Source: a virus (Duplodnaviria > Caudoviricetes). From it: DNA of 56,836 bases. Of this stretch, positions 35,351-45,006 are shown piece by piece. The notes beneath the pieces were generated by a model. That model was not told the DNA's origin and ran no database searches. It saw only the letters and a program-made list of their open reading frames with translations. The translations under genes and the position numbers were made by a program. Location: positions 1 through 56,836 of IMG/VR virus record IMGVR_UViG_3300037155_000015, one strand, 5' to 3'. Positions within the stretch are counted from its first letter, which is position 1. Every line of letters begins with the position of its first letter.

Positions 35351-37618
35351 TTACACCCTCACCCCGTCAGCCGCCGGTGTTTCAATCCCTGCCGCCGCTC
35401 CTGACCCTGCTGACATTGGCCGTGTCGGAAAAGCAGGACTCGTATTATGCTGAACGGCTGGCTGGAAAGGTGTACCCTTTATACCCGTGAGGCTCGTCCC
35501 ATCAATACCGCCAACTTCCTGTGGCACAATTGGCGCAGCGTCCTGATCCTTGAACCCGGCGGAAAGAAGGAGTTTATCAGCAAGCGCGGAAACTGTCGGC
35601 ATCATGGCGATAACCTGCGCCGCCTGCACTCCGGAATAAATGGCCGTGACAGATTGATCAGTGGCCGTGGCATCCTTGAGCCGGGCATCAGCCTCTTGCA
35701 GTTTAATCGCGGCTTCCTGCGCCCTCGCTTGACGGTCGGCAATGGCCGGATCGGGCTGCATCTGCTTGACGATCTCAGCCTTTTTGGCGAGCGTTGAAGA
35801 CATGATCACCACGTTATCAGGAATGGCGATGCCTTCTTTCCTCATATTCATAGCCTGCTGGAACTGGCCGTTCTCAAACGTGGCGGAGGTCGGCACAGAA
35901 TCGGCTACCACGTCATACTCTCCCAGCGTGAGGTTGTTGATCATCTCACCAGTCGGAGTCCATTTGTTGATCGACAAGGGCACCTTGCTTGTCTGGCCGG
36001 TATCGTCCTGCTTGGTGACCAGAATCACTCTTTCGGTCGTGTAGAACTGCTGCACGAGCTCCAAATATTTCCGTGCCCTGAATTCCCGTGTCCGCGCCAG
36101 GTTCTGCAATGGTCCCTGTTCCTGGAGTTGCGCGCCGAACTGTTTATGATCGATGGCCACCCCTGACGACTCGGGACCGGCGGCGCCCTGAAGAGCATCA
36201 GGACATCCGCCTACCTCTTTCAAGATTTCCTTGCCATTCGCGGACATGCGCTCAAGACCGGTGGGAATAACATTCGGCTGGATCTTCACCGGAGCGGACG
36301 TCCCTTTCTTATGGACCAAAACCAGACCGGTAGTGGCACCGATATCCTCTAAATCCTCAGGGTCGTGATTGACGAGACTATTTTCCTCCACCGTCCAACC
36401 GCTGTTTGCCGTGGAATTCAAAATATGGAGCTCCGACGACATGGCCTTGTCGATCAGGTCGGACGGAGATATCAGGTTGTCGATGGTCCCTTTGGTCTTA
36501 CCCCGACGGAAATACGGGAAGAACGGATTGACGGTAAACGATCTGTACGGGCTCCACTCGTCATGCAGGACCAGATCTCGGGTCGTTACTCGCCAGCGGA
36601 TACGGTAGGACATTTTGCGGTAGACGGATAGACCTTCCTGCTGGCACTTCAGCTGAATCGCTTCCGGGGTCAGACTGTCAGGAATCTCTCGTAGATCGCC
36701 CGTGGAAGAGTTGAGGAAGAAGGTGGTCAGGGTGTAAATCTTGTACTGTCGGTCAATAACTCGGACGCGCTTGGAGATCTTCTCATTGCCAATGTAGGCG
36801 TCATACCAACGGGCCTTCTGATTGCCGAACGTGTTGCGGCTCTCCTGGTCGTTCTCCCGGTCATCAATACCGAAACTCTGATCCAGATAGTTGAAATTCT
36901 CCACCTTCGTGGCGGCCTCTTTGCCGTAGAACTGCTCAATCTCGTCAATCGACATGAACTTGGTCAGGATGATATCCTTCCAATCGGCGGGATCGTAGCT
37001 GTTCGCGTCCGGATCCGGAATCACATCCCGAGGATCCAGGAGTGTTTCCCGGACATCCCCCATGATATTGTCGGAGAAGTCCATCCGGATATCGGTGTAG
37101 CCGCGCTGCTCAATGTGGCCATCCCGGAAAACCTCAGTCTCCAGGTAATGCACATGATTATCATAGCAAAGTTGATTGACCAGCTTAGTCAGAACGTCAG
37201 CCACTTCCTGTGTTGCGGCTCCCCAGCGTGGCTGATACGAGATATCGACCCGACTCTGGATCTGCTGGCCGGTCTTGGTCTCGACAATCGGCTGGGCCAG
37301 GTTGATTTCCAGGACTGGCCGGCGGGCATCTTCCAGGAACTTGCGTGTCTCCGGGTCCCAATGGCCATCACAGATCCCCTCTTGGTAGCCGATATAGTAC
37401 CGTTCGCACTTCTGGGCCTGCTTGATATAGTCAGTGTGGCCGCGCATCCGGGCGTACTGGTAACGCGCCCAGTTGTCATAGGCAATCTGCGCCTCGTTGA
37501 GAATGGAACCATCAGCGGTCTTGTTGAGGGTGCCTTCAACGTAGGCATTATCGCCGCGCTCGTCTGGGGATGTGGTGAGGTATGACATGGGTTGCTCCGG
37601 GCCGGTGTTCTCCGGCAA
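35351..37618 (-). CDS. Portal protein (P22-like)
   Basis: RRPVLEINL, DPDANSYDPADW and SGVAI motifs; follows terL. Confidence 0.88.
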   Translation of the reverse strand: MPENTGPEQPMSYLTTSPDERGDNAYVEGTLNKTADGSILNEAQIAYDNWARYQYARMRGHTDYIKQAQKCERYYIGYQEGICDGHWDPETRKFLEDARRPVLEINLAQPIVETKTGQQIQSRVDISYQPRWGAATQEVADVLTKLVNQLCYDNHVHYLETEVFRDGHIEQRGYTDIRMDFSDNIMGDVRETLLDPRDVIPDPDANSYDPADWKDIILTKFMSIDEIEQFYGKEAATKVENFNYLDQSFGIDDRENDQESRNTFGNQKARWYDAYIGNEKISKRVRVIDRQYKIYTLTTFFLNSSTGDLREIPDSLTPEAIQLKCQQEGLSVYRKMSYRIRWRVTTRDLVLHDEWSPYRSFTVNPFFPYFRRGKTKGTIDNLISPSDLIDKAMSSELHILNSTANSGWTVEENSLVNHDPEDLEDIGATTGLVLVHKKGTSAPVKIQPNVIPTGLERMSANGKEILKEVGGCPDALQGAAGPESSGVAIDHKQFGAQLQEQGPLQNLARTREFRARKYLELVQQFYTTERVILVTKQDDTGQTSKVPLSINKWTPTGEMINNLTLGEYDVVADSVPTSATFENGQFQQAMNMRKEGIAIPDNVVIMSSTLAKKAEIVKQMQPDPAIADRQARAQEAAIKLQEADARLKDATATDQSVTAIYSGVQAAQVIAMMPTVSALADKLLLSAGFKDQDAAPIVPQEVGGIDGTSLTGIKGTPFQPAVQHNTSPAFPTRPMSAGSGAAAGIETPAADGVRV

Positions 37619-37726
37619 AGGATTTCCGTTGTGTCCGTGCGGTGGACGATGGTTATTTTATCCGCTGTTCATCATTGTATAGCTTCTATAATATATCGTG
37701 AGTTTTAGGCACAATCGCAGTTTCCT

Positions 37727-39154
37727 TCACGCCGCCATGGCCCCGCGTTGCCGTGAGATCCCCTTGTGAATGTCCCTGGCCACCGGTCGAGTCCTGGCAA
37801 TCTCCATGCCGGTGTTCTCCAGATAGCGGGTCGTGTCCATCAAGTGATCATTCACTTTGACGATCTTCCCGTTCTCGTCCCGCCGATACAGCCTGTACTC
37901 CTCAAACCAGGGCGTGAGCGTCTTGAACACCTTCATCCTGCCGGTCGAGAGCCGCGTCCAGACCCGGTAGATCCCAGACTCCACGGCGTTGTTCGCCTCG
38001 GTCAGGTCAAGCCCCTCGTCACGGTACTGCTGCAGGAGTTGTGCCCCGTCATCCTGTGTCCGCCCGCGGGAGGCCGGGTCGATCGCCCCAGGTATCCATG
38101 AGCCCCGAGCTTTAACAGCCGAGGCATGGATAGGAGGCTGTGCTTTTCCCTCGTAATGGCAGGAATAGAGGTAGAGGCAATCGCTCTCCCGGTCCATCGC
38201 TCCCCAGAGTCCGGCTGTCCGGTTCCAGCCGACATCCAGGGCGTAGGCTCGCGGCCAGTGATCCGGGATAACGAACGAGGCAACGGTGATTTCTTCTTCC
38301 GGGATCGGGTAGATCGCCCCGCTGCCGAGTTGTGGGATACCTTTCGATCGGGCGTCACGTTGATGGGGAGGGAGAGCCGCCCAGAGTTCATCCTTAGCTT
38401 CCCTGGTCAAATGTGGTGCATCGTCCCATGTCGCGGAGATGATGAACTTCTTGGCGTTCTCAGTTGGTACTTTTCCACCAGGTAGGAAAGTGAGCACAAC
38501 TTCTGACAGACCTTGCAGGGGGGTGAAGGTGAGCATTACACAGCCGTCCGTCGTCATCGTACGCAGGAGACATTCCGTGTAGATGCTCAATGGTGGCTCT
38601 TCATCCAGCCAAACGATATCTTTCGACGTTCCCTGGAATGATTCCCGGCCCTGATCATAGCTCTTGAACGTAAGTGCCGAAGTCCCGCCGGAGATGTGCC
38701 GGACATAGACCGTCTCAATCGCATCCGCCACGCTCCGCTTCTTGGCGTGAGATATGATCTTGTCACCAGGGATCATACCGGTCCCGAACTCGGAGGGAAT
38801 GCCCGGAGGGCCGCATAGTTTCGCCTGCAGAATGTCCCGGACCGTCTGATTGGTATCACCAGCCGCCCAGATATCTGTCGGACGGTGGAAGCGCTTACCG
38901 ATCCACCATGCGGGATAAATGCCGGTGAGGTGACAGGTTACTGCGTATGCCCCGGCCTCACTTTTGCCGACACGATTCGCCGCCATAAAAGCAATTTCTC
39001 GCCAGTCGGCGCTTGCTGCAAAAAACGCCATGTGCTTGACGTACAGCTCACGGCGCAACGGTCCTTCTTCGGGGAAATAGTCGGCAAACTTCCTGCGACT
39101 CTGGCGCCAGTCCCACTCCTGCAATAACATAAGGTAGCGCTGGTTGTCGGTCAT
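37727..39154 (-). CDS. terL: Terminase large subunit (P22 gp2-like)
   Basis: Walker A AANRVGKS, FKSYDQGRESFQG, Walker B WLDEEPP, nuclease motifs LDVGW and DHLMDTTRY. Confidence 0.95.
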   Translation of the reverse strand: MTDNQRYLMLLQEWDWRQSRRKFADYFPEEGPLRRELYVKHMAFFAASADWREIAFMAANRVGKSEAGAYAVTCHLTGIYPAWWIGKRFHRPTDIWAAGDTNQTVRDILQAKLCGPPGIPSEFGTGMIPGDKIISHAKKRSVADAIETVYVRHISGGTSALTFKSYDQGRESFQGTSKDIVWLDEEPPLSIYTECLLRTMTTDGCVMLTFTPLQGLSEVVLTFLPGGKVPTENAKKFIISATWDDAPHLTREAKDELWAALPPHQRDARSKGIPQLGSGAIYPIPEEEITVASFVIPDHWPRAYALDVGWNRTAGLWGAMDRESDCLYLYSCHYEGKAQPPIHASAVKARGSWIPGAIDPASRGRTQDDGAQLLQQYRDEGLDLTEANNAVESGIYRVWTRLSTGRMKVFKTLTPWFEEYRLYRRDENGKIVKVNDHLMDTTRYLENTGMEIARTRPVARDIHKGISRQRGAMAA

Positions 39155-39750
39155 TTCAGGAGCCTCTTGGCTTCCAGTGTGGCAATCTGCGCCAGAACCT
39201 GCTCGTCAGTGAGTTGTGTGATCTGGAACAGCGGGTTCTCGGGATCTCCACCGATATGCTGGGTATTTTTCCATCCATAGTTGTTAATCAGGTTGAAAAT
39301 AGGTCCGGTAGCGTTATTTCCGAACAGGGATTTCTCCGCATAATTCTCGCAGCGAACCTTCGCTTTTTTTATCGTGTCATAAAACTCTTCGCGTCCCTCG
39401 TAATTCAGGAGCCCTTGCCGGGTGGTATCAAGTGCTATCGCAAGCCCTGTGATGGTGAATGGCTCGACCTGCTTCTTTATTAACCTCTCCCCAGTCTTTT
39501 TCCCTTCTTCGTCTTTAAGGGCAACGGTGAACTCTTCAAAACATGATTCAAAATAAGCATCAATCGCGGTCTGTAACTCTTCGACTGTTTCGAACTTTCT
39601 TGGCCGGCCAGACTTCTTGCGTGCCTGTTCCTTTTCAAATTCTGCCATCGACGGGAGGGCGCAAATTACCTTCTTATCAGACAAAAGCCCCACAGGTTCT
39701 GCACCCAGGGGCTTCGTGGTAGTCTTCGCTGGAGTCTTTTTGGCGGTCAT
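39151..39750 (-). CDS. terS: Terminase small subunit (P22 gp3-like)
   Basis: GRPRKFETVEELQTAIDAYF...PFTITGLAIAL...GPIFNLINNYGW. Confidence 0.88.
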   Translation of the reverse strand: MTAKKTPAKTTTKPLGAEPVGLLSDKKVICALPSMAEFEKEQARKKSGRPRKFETVEELQTAIDAYFESCFEEFTVALKDEEGKKTGERLIKKQVEPFTITGLAIALDTTRQGLLNYEGREEFYDTIKKAKVRCENYAEKSLFGNNATGPIFNLINNYGWKNTQHIGGDPENPLFQITQLTDEQVLAQIATLEAKRLLK

Positions 39751-39824
39751 GCGCGATCCTTTATTTCGATGTATAGCGCCTTCAGCAACACGGCATAATT
39801 CCGAATATCGGTTGGCGAGTCCAT

Positions 39825-40166
39825 TTATAGCTCCTGCCTGAATTCGATCTCGTCCGGCTCGCCGATCTTTACCTTTTTTATCTGCCGGTCGAGTTTGAAA
39901 CCGTGCCTTTCGAGTTCCTGGAAGATCTCAATCGCGGTGCGAGAGTTGAGCCATCCGGTCGCCTTCCGTAACATCCGCACCTTCGCCTTGACCTGCTTGG
40001 TATTGATGAAGAACTTTCCGCAACCGGCGCACCGCATGACGCTCAACCGAACGACATAACCGGGGAGAGCAGATCCATCTTGCAGATCCTTAACGGCGAT
40101 GAGTTCAGCCGTGGCCAGGGGGTGCTTGCAGAACCATTTCAGCCAGAGGCGCTTCAACCGTTTCAT
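39825..40166 (-). CDS. Hypothetical protein
   Basis: Coupled to the KTSC gene. Confidence 0.55.
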   Translation of the reverse strand: MKRLKRLWLKWFCKHPLATAELIAVKDLQDGSALPGYVVRLSVMRCAGCGKFFINTKQVKAKVRMLRKATGWLNSRTAIEIFQELERHGFKLDRQIKKVKIGEPDEIEFRQEL

Positions 40167-40369
40167 TTCTTCGCCTCCAGCTTATTCCCCTTCACGTTCA
40201 TCTTCTGGAGGTGCTTACCGACGCTCGGCGCTTCCTTGAGCTTCCGGAAACCCTCCGGGGTAACCCCGTCATAGGAATAGGTGCGTCCACCCTTGAACCG
40301 AACGTGCATAACTTCGCCCTCGTGTCCGACGGCTTCAATATGCGAAGATTTTACCGGGTGCATCTGCAT
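40163..40369 (-). CDS. KTSC-domain protein
   Basis: VKSSHIEAVGH...VRFKGGRTYSYDGV...LKEAPSVGK. Confidence 0.9.
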   Translation of the reverse strand: MQMHPVKSSHIEAVGHEGEVMHVRFKGGRTYSYDGVTPEGFRKLKEAPSVGKHLQKMNVKGNKLEAKK

Positions 40370-40396
40370 ATCAGACTCCTTTTGATAACGCGCTAG

Positions 40397-40424
40397 ATTT
40401 TATGCTTTACTGCTGGAATGTCAA
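40397..40424 (-). promoter_or_regulatory. Sigma70-like promoter upstream of the KTSC/packaging genes
   Basis: TTGACA-16 nt-TAAAAT on the minus strand. Confidence 0.6.
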
Positions 40425-40442
40425 GAATTTTCTAATACGGGC

Positions 40443-40503
40443 AATGAACCAGTCGCGGCACACGGTCTGCGCTACCGCTTGCCGGTGCGCTTTGTCGTTG
40501 GAA
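40443..40503 (+). repeat. attC-1
   Basis: AAC CAGTC GCG-G-CAC-A-CGG...CCG GTG CGC TTTGTC GTTGGAA; 52/53 identical to attC-8. Confidence 0.8.
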
Positions 40504-40507
40504 AGCT

Positions 40508-40951
40508 CTAGCGGCCTTGTAGCCGTCGCAGAGCACTGACTAAAATCTGCTGTTCTGCCTGAATATTTTTTTCAGCATGATGGAACTCTTGCTGACTGCT
40601 CCAGATGTTACCCTTAGGCCCAATGTGTTGCCGTGCTTTACCGGCATCGTTGACCCAAATCAGGCCCCACTTTTCGGGCAAATCTTGTGCCGTGATGACC
40701 CCGGCAGGGCAGAGATAAAAACGATAGGTCCCCATCCCCATCCAAGGGTTACGCCGGAAAAGTTTCTTTGCATCCGCTAGAAAATCAGAGCGGCTTGTTT
40801 TACACTCAATCAATGTAGATGTCCCGTCCCGGAATCCGATAGCGTCCGGCGTCTCCATGCCTAGAGTAACCAATTCAGCCAGCACAGCCCCGCACTTGCG
40901 AGAGCCTATCAGCCAACGTTCTGCAATTTTAACGAGTTCAGTATGTGTCAT
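40508..40951 (-). CDS. Cassette 1: PD-(D/E)XK (MmcB-like) nuclease-fold protein
   Basis: ETPDAIGF...LIECKTSRSDFLAD motif. Confidence 0.75.
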   Translation of the reverse strand: MTHTELVKIAERWLIGSRKCGAVLAELVTLGMETPDAIGFRDGTSTLIECKTSRSDFLADAKKLFRRNPWMGMGTYRFYLCPAGVITAQDLPEKWGLIWVNDAGKARQHIGPKGNIWSSQQEFHHAEKNIQAEQQILVSALRRLQGR

Positions 40952-40969
40952 AAAATCCTCAATTCGCTT

Positions 40970-41031
40970 TTCCAACCAGGCACCGGACCGGAGGCGATGA
41001 ACCCGCCCCGGTCAGCGCCTAGCCGTTAGAT
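40970..41031 (+). repeat. attC-2
   Basis: TTCCAAC...GACCGG-A-GGCG...CGCC CCGGTC...GTTAGAT. Confidence 0.75.
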
Positions 41032-41751
41032 AGTCTCTGCCAGTGCTTCCTTGGCAACATCGCGCATTTCACCGTATACCAATGAAGGGGATGAACTGCG
41101 GGGGAAATTGGCGAATGCAACAATGTCTGTCAGGGCTTTCCGCAGCTTATTAATTTCTATCTGCCGTGATATTGCTTTGCCGTACCATCGGTTGCGCTCT
41201 TCCTTTAGTTCAGCAGCCCATGAAAGATCACCGCCAGACTCTTCCCTGCAAATCCGCGCTATCTTTTCGGCATTATACTTTGCGCCCTTACCCCATTGGT
41301 TAGGCGGAGCTTGTGTCATTTCGTCGGCAATAGTGGCGGCAAACTCAAGCCCCTGCAAATAGCCCTCTCTGCCAGCTTCGATAGCATTTAACTGCTTGCA
41401 CTCTAGACATTCCCTTTCTCGACTACCCCGTAACTCAGCAACCAGCTTTTCGAGGTGGTCAATTCGCCCCTGCAACAAGAGACGGACTTGCTCTGTCGTC
41501 ACTATTTCTGGTGGTTCAGGTTCAGCCCACGTCTTAACCTCTACTTGTGCGGCAATACAACCAGCACACCGGGAAAACTGGACAGAAAACCCGCTATGGT
41601 CAGGTTTCAAATATCCATCAGTGCGGAATAGCCGACACAACACGCTGCCATGCTCTTGTACCGCTTTAAGGTAGTTGCAATAAGGGTGACACTGGTTCAA
41701 GTCTTTGTCATTGCCCTTGATCTTTATTTCAAGCGTTATTTCTGCTGGCAC
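41026..41751 (-). CDS. Cassette 2: hypothetical protein (several smaller ORFs lie upstream in the same cassette)
   Basis: Its TAA stop coincides with the GTTA of attC-2. Confidence 0.65.
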   Translation of the reverse strand: MPAEITLEIKIKGNDKDLNQCHPYCNYLKAVQEHGSVLCRLFRTDGYLKPDHSGFSVQFSRCAGCIAAQVEVKTWAEPEPPEIVTTEQVRLLLQGRIDHLEKLVAELRGSRERECLECKQLNAIEAGREGYLQGLEFAATIADEMTQAPPNQWGKGAKYNAEKIARICREESGGDLSWAAELKEERNRWYGKAISRQIEINKLRKALTDIVAFANFPRSSSPSLVYGEMRDVAKEALAETI

Positions 41752-42298
41752 TTGTCACCTCCCGCACCATCCGACGAATCAACCGAATAGTTGCCTTGTC
41801 AAAATTTATGCTGCTTTTGTCGTAGTCTGATAATGTTACCGGCATCGTCATCACTCCTTATAGTCTATCAACTCAAGCACTGCTCTTCTCTACTCATTTT
41901 TCACCCCTCTCCGTTTTGTCCCACTCCCGAACGTAATTCCATTCCCCGCAGTCATCACAAGTGGCGTTGAAGTGGTAACCAAGTATCCGCACCGGTTCAA
42001 TTTGAGTAAGTTCCCAAAGCCCACAATTTCGGCACCTTTTCATTTCTTCCCCCATCCATGTTTTAATCCGTGCAGACACCGCTTACAGGTAACTTCTCCC
42101 TTGTCCTTTTCGTCCATCAGAACCGTGGGGGCAGTATCCAGTTTGATGCCGCAAAGTATCTTTTCTCCATTGAACCAGTGCCTTTTCATAATTCGTCCTC
42201 ATCCTCTCTCGGGCATTCTTCCCACCAGTAGTGGAATCTCTCGCATTTCAGGCAATAGCGAATATTCTTAATTTCTGCCACGATTTCTCCTTTCGACT

Positions 42299-42356
42299 AT
42301 CTAACAAAACGTAGCAGCAGGCGATGAAGCCCGCTGCTGTACTTAAGCCGTTATAG
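42299..42356 (+). repeat. attC-3
   Basis: ATCTAAC AAAAC GTA-G-CAGCA...TGCTG TAC TTAAGCC GTTATAG. Confidence 0.85.
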
Positions 42357-42848
42357 ACCTTTTACGCGTAACACCAGTTGACATGGCCCTGTCCAGCCTT
42401 TGGAAAAATGGAAGGTTCCCGTGCTGAATCCGAAAGGGAAGCCGACCATGCTGCCGCGGCCGTACACCGTTATGCCCTTGATGCCGCCCCAATCGTTAAT
42501 CATCTTCATTATGATCTGCCGCTGGAAAACCTTGTTCGTCGGCAGTATGTACGCTATGTCGTTTGCAATCTTGAAGCTGTGCCGCAGCCATTCCTCAAAA
42601 ATCGAATATGGCGGGTTTCCGATGATCCAGTCCACCGGGTCGCGGTAATCAAAGAAGTCTTTACCCTTTCGCAGTTCGCACCAGTCCGAGCCAGCCGGAA
42701 GATGCTTGTGGAATGCTCCATCGCCGAAACAAGGGTCAAGGCACTTGCCAGAAGGCTGCAGCCAGTCAATGATCTCACTCGCCACGGTATCCGGCGTGTA
42801 AACGATATCTGACGGCCTGGGCGGTATGTAAAAAAGTGGTTGTTGCAT
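42351..42848 (-). CDS. Cassette 3: small N6-adenine DNA methyltransferase-like protein
   Basis: VYTP, LDPCFGDGAF (motif I) and IIGNPPY (motif IV). Confidence 0.8.
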   Translation of the reverse strand: MQQPLFYIPPRPSDIVYTPDTVASEIIDWLQPSGKCLDPCFGDGAFHKHLPAGSDWCELRKGKDFFDYRDPVDWIIGNPPYSIFEEWLRHSFKIANDIAYILPTNKVFQRQIIMKMINDWGGIKGITVYGRGSMVGFPFGFSTGTFHFSKGWTGPCQLVLRVKGL

Positions 42849-42893
42849 CTCGATCCTTTAAAGGCTATGGCCTTCGGCCAACGCGTAAAATGT

Positions 42894-42951
42894 CTATAAC
42901 CAAACGCTCGAAGCCGACCGCTTCGCGGCGGTTCAGCTCAAGCCGTTATAA
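42894..42951 (+). repeat. attC-4
   Basis: CTATAAC CAAAC GCT-C-GAAGCCG-A-CCGC TTC GCGG CGGTTC AGC TCAAGCC GTTATAA; closely resembles aadA-type attC. Confidence 0.9.
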
Positions 42952-43677
42952 ATCTTCTTGCGCTAAAACCTGCCATGCTGTTGCAGCCACCAACGGAACT
43001 TGACCGTTTCCAGTGGCTGCAAGTCGCTCCAATTTTCCGGCCAGCCCATCACCCATTCCCAAAATTCGGGCCTTCTGTTCTGCCGCTTCTTTCCAAGTCC
43101 CAGATTTGCCCACCAATCGCGCAGATTGTATTCTTTCCCGTTTTTGCTTCTGCAAATTCCTCCCCCATCCCCATCGGACTTGATCGGTGTCGGCAAGAAT
43201 CCATATTCGTTCCCGCTTATGCTGGGCGCCAACGTGGTCAGCTCCCAGCACTCCCCATCTTGCATTAAACCCCATCTCGGCCAGGTCTCCGAGAACCCGT
43301 CCGAGTCCCCGAGAAGTGAGCATTGGTGAGTTTTCCACAAGGACGTACTTCGGTCGTACCTCAGAAATGATCCGGGCCATCTCTGCCCACAATCCAGACC
43401 GTTCACCGTCAAGCCCTGCACCTTTTCCGGCGCATGAAATATCTTGGCAGGGGAAGCCACCGCACACGACTTCTGCAATCCCTCGCCATGGCTTGCCGTC
43501 AAAGGTGCAGACATCATCCCAGATAGGGAACCACGGCAGGATTCCGTCTCGTTGCCGCTGTAAGAGGACTTCTCGGCAGTAAGGTTCAATTTCGACTGCA
43601 CAAACTGGCTTATGTCCGAGAAGCAATCCGCCGAGGATGCCTCCCCCTGCTCCTGCAAATAAATGTAGCTCATTCAC
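42946..43677 (-). CDS. Cassette 4: C5-cytosine DNA methyltransferase, alpha frame
   Basis: LFAGAGG, GGFPCQD, VENS, HKRER and GNGQV motifs; GTG start at 43677. Confidence 0.9.
   Translation of the reverse strand: MNELHLFAGAGGGILGGLLLGHKPVCAVEIEPYCREVLLQRQRDGILPWFPIWDDVCTFDGKPWRGIAEVVCGGFPCQDISCAGKGAGLDGERSGLWAEMARIISEVRPKYVLVENSPMLTSRGLGRVLGDLAEMGFNARWGVLGADHVGAQHKRERIWILADTDQVRWGWGRNLQKQKRERIQSARLVGKSGTWKEAAEQKARILGMGDGLAGKLERLAATGNGQVPLVAATAWQVLAQEDL
42963..43673 (-). CDS. Cassette 4: fully overlapping alternative-frame polypeptide (beta, motif IX)
   Basis: 236-aa open frame with LPTP and PEFWEWVMGWPENWS. Confidence 0.65.
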   Translation of the reverse strand: MSYIYLQEQGEASSADCFSDISQFVQSKLNLTAEKSSYSGNETESCRGSLSGMMSAPLTASHGEGLQKSCAVASPAKIFHAPEKVQGLTVNGLDCGQRWPGSFLRYDRSTSLWKTHQCSLLGDSDGFSETWPRWGLMQDGECWELTTLAPSISGNEYGFLPTPIKSDGDGGGICRSKNGKEYNLRDWWANLGLGKKRQNRRPEFWEWVMGWPENWSDLQPLETVKFRWWLQQHGRF

Positions 43678-43715
43678 GTCAACCCCTATGCCCTGTCGGG
43701 CAAGCGCAAGAAAAT

Positions 43716-43774
43716 TTCTAACCAAACATTCGACCTGACCGATGAAACTGGCAGGTCAATTCAAGCCGTTAGAT
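43716..43774 (+). repeat. attC-5
   Basis: TTCTAAC CAAAC ATT-C-GACCTG-A-CC...GG CAGGTC AAT TCAAGCC GTTAGAT. Confidence 0.9.
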
Positions 43775-44341
43775 TGCTAAGTCACATTTCACTTCGTTGC
43801 CCCAAACGTCCCACCCCGGCGCGGCTCTCCGTGCGAAAAGTTCCACCCTCGGGAGATCCCCCGCCAGTGCAAGAATCCTTTCCCGTGTCTCGTCCGGTTT
43901 CCGTGAATGTGCCGCAATCGGTGAATAAATAATCTGGTGCACTCCGGCGCTGACTCGCTTCGGTTGCCCCTTCACTGCCAACAGACAAAATTCAGTATTT
44001 GCCCTTGTCCACCGTCCCATCCCCCAGAAACTGTCGAAACTGTCCACAGGGAAAAAACTGGCTTGGTCAACATTCGTGCGCTTGTTGGTTTTCACCCATA
44101 CAAAGGCGCACGTCTTAAAGTCAAAGCCCCACGCGGCCAGCACTGCGCCAGCTTCAAACAGTTTAGGCCATGCTCCCCACATGAACAGCAGACAATCATC
44201 GGCGGCGATGTCGGCAATCGGAAGGGCGCAAATGTCCGCCAGTTTCATCGTGCTGTAATGTCGCTCTGCCCCCCCACGGTTCAGGGCTTTATCGTCGTAA
44301 CTCCATGGGGGATCAGCGTAAATAATGTTGTACTTTTTCAT
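43769..44341 (-). CDS. Cassette 5: MT-A70-family adenine methyltransferase
   Basis: IIYADPPW, HYSTM, HSRKP and ELFARR motifs; start MKKYNII. Confidence 0.9.
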   Translation of the reverse strand: MKKYNIIYADPPWSYDDKALNRGGAERHYSTMKLADICALPIADIAADDCLLFMWGAWPKLFEAGAVLAAWGFDFKTCAFVWVKTNKRTNVDQASFFPVDSFDSFWGMGRWTRANTEFCLLAVKGQPKRVSAGVHQIIYSPIAAHSRKPDETRERILALAGDLPRVELFARRAAPGWDVWGNEVKCDLAI

Positions 44342-44361
44342 CGATGCATCTCCTAAACGCA

Positions 44362-44420
44362 ATCTAACCAACGCTGTGGACCAGCCCGAAAACCCGGCTG
44401 GTCACGCTCAAGCGTTATCA
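44362..44420 (+). repeat. attC-6
   Basis: ATCTAAC...GT-G-GACCAGCC...GGCTGGTC AC GC TCAAGC GTTATCA. Confidence 0.85.
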
Positions 44421-44606
44421 ATATCTAGTCTCGTACTTGCTTACGAGCCGACCAGAGCAGTAGGGGCAATAAATAAAGCCATCCTGTCCCGGCCCTCCAT
44501 CGTCAATAAAAAGGAATTTCTCTCCGCATTCGGTATCCCATGACGATGTATCGGGATCATATTTCCACATGCAAAGCCGTTGCTTTTTCTCTTCGCTCAT
44601 TTGCAA
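44418..44606 (-). CDS. Cassette 6: small Zn-ribbon-like protein
   Basis: C.W...WDTECG...FIYCPYCSG. Confidence 0.65.
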   Translation of the reverse strand: MQMSEEKKQRLCMWKYDPDTSSWDTECGEKFLFIDDGGPGQDGFIYCPYCSGRLVSKYETRY

Positions 44607-44791
44607 TCCTCCTGATAGTTGCAGAAATCACACGTTGATGATCCTGGCGCATATTCTCCAAAGCACTCCGGTTCATCATCCTCGACGTAATCTCCGCCAA
44701 CTAAATCGTCAGTAATCATCCCAGTACCACCGCACAGTTGACATGATGGGTCAAGGTATCCGTTTGGCGCAACACACTCAGGACAAAGCAT
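44597..44791 (-). CDS. Cassette 6: Cys-rich protein, paralog of 46221-46406
   Basis: CPEC...CQLCGG...PECFGEYAPG...CDFCNYQEDC. Confidence 0.65.
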   Translation of the reverse strand: MLCPECVAPNGYLDPSCQLCGGTGMITDDLVGGDYVEDDEPECFGEYAPGSSTCDFCNYQEDCK

Positions 44792-44993
44792 CTTTTATCC
44801 TCTTTTCCGTGTAAAACTTGCTTGCCGTTTCCCACGGTATCATTGCTCCTTGATTGTCCCCTTCAAACTTCATTGACCACTGCTTATGGCAAGTGTTGCA
44901 CTCCACCTGTCCCGCTTGGTTTGATATCTTCCGCACAAGAAAAAGGTCGTGCTTACCAATTCGACACGCTAGTTGTTTGAATCCCCAATACAT
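44778..44993 (-). CDS. Cassette 6: hypothetical protein
   Basis: GGAGG RBS before MYWGFK, inside the cassette boundary. Confidence 0.55.
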   Translation of the reverse strand: MYWGFKQLACRIGKHDLFLVRKISNQAGQVECNTCHKQWSMKFEGDNQGAMIPWETASKFYTEKRIKDALS

Positions 44994-45006
44994 GCACCCT
45001 CCGAAT

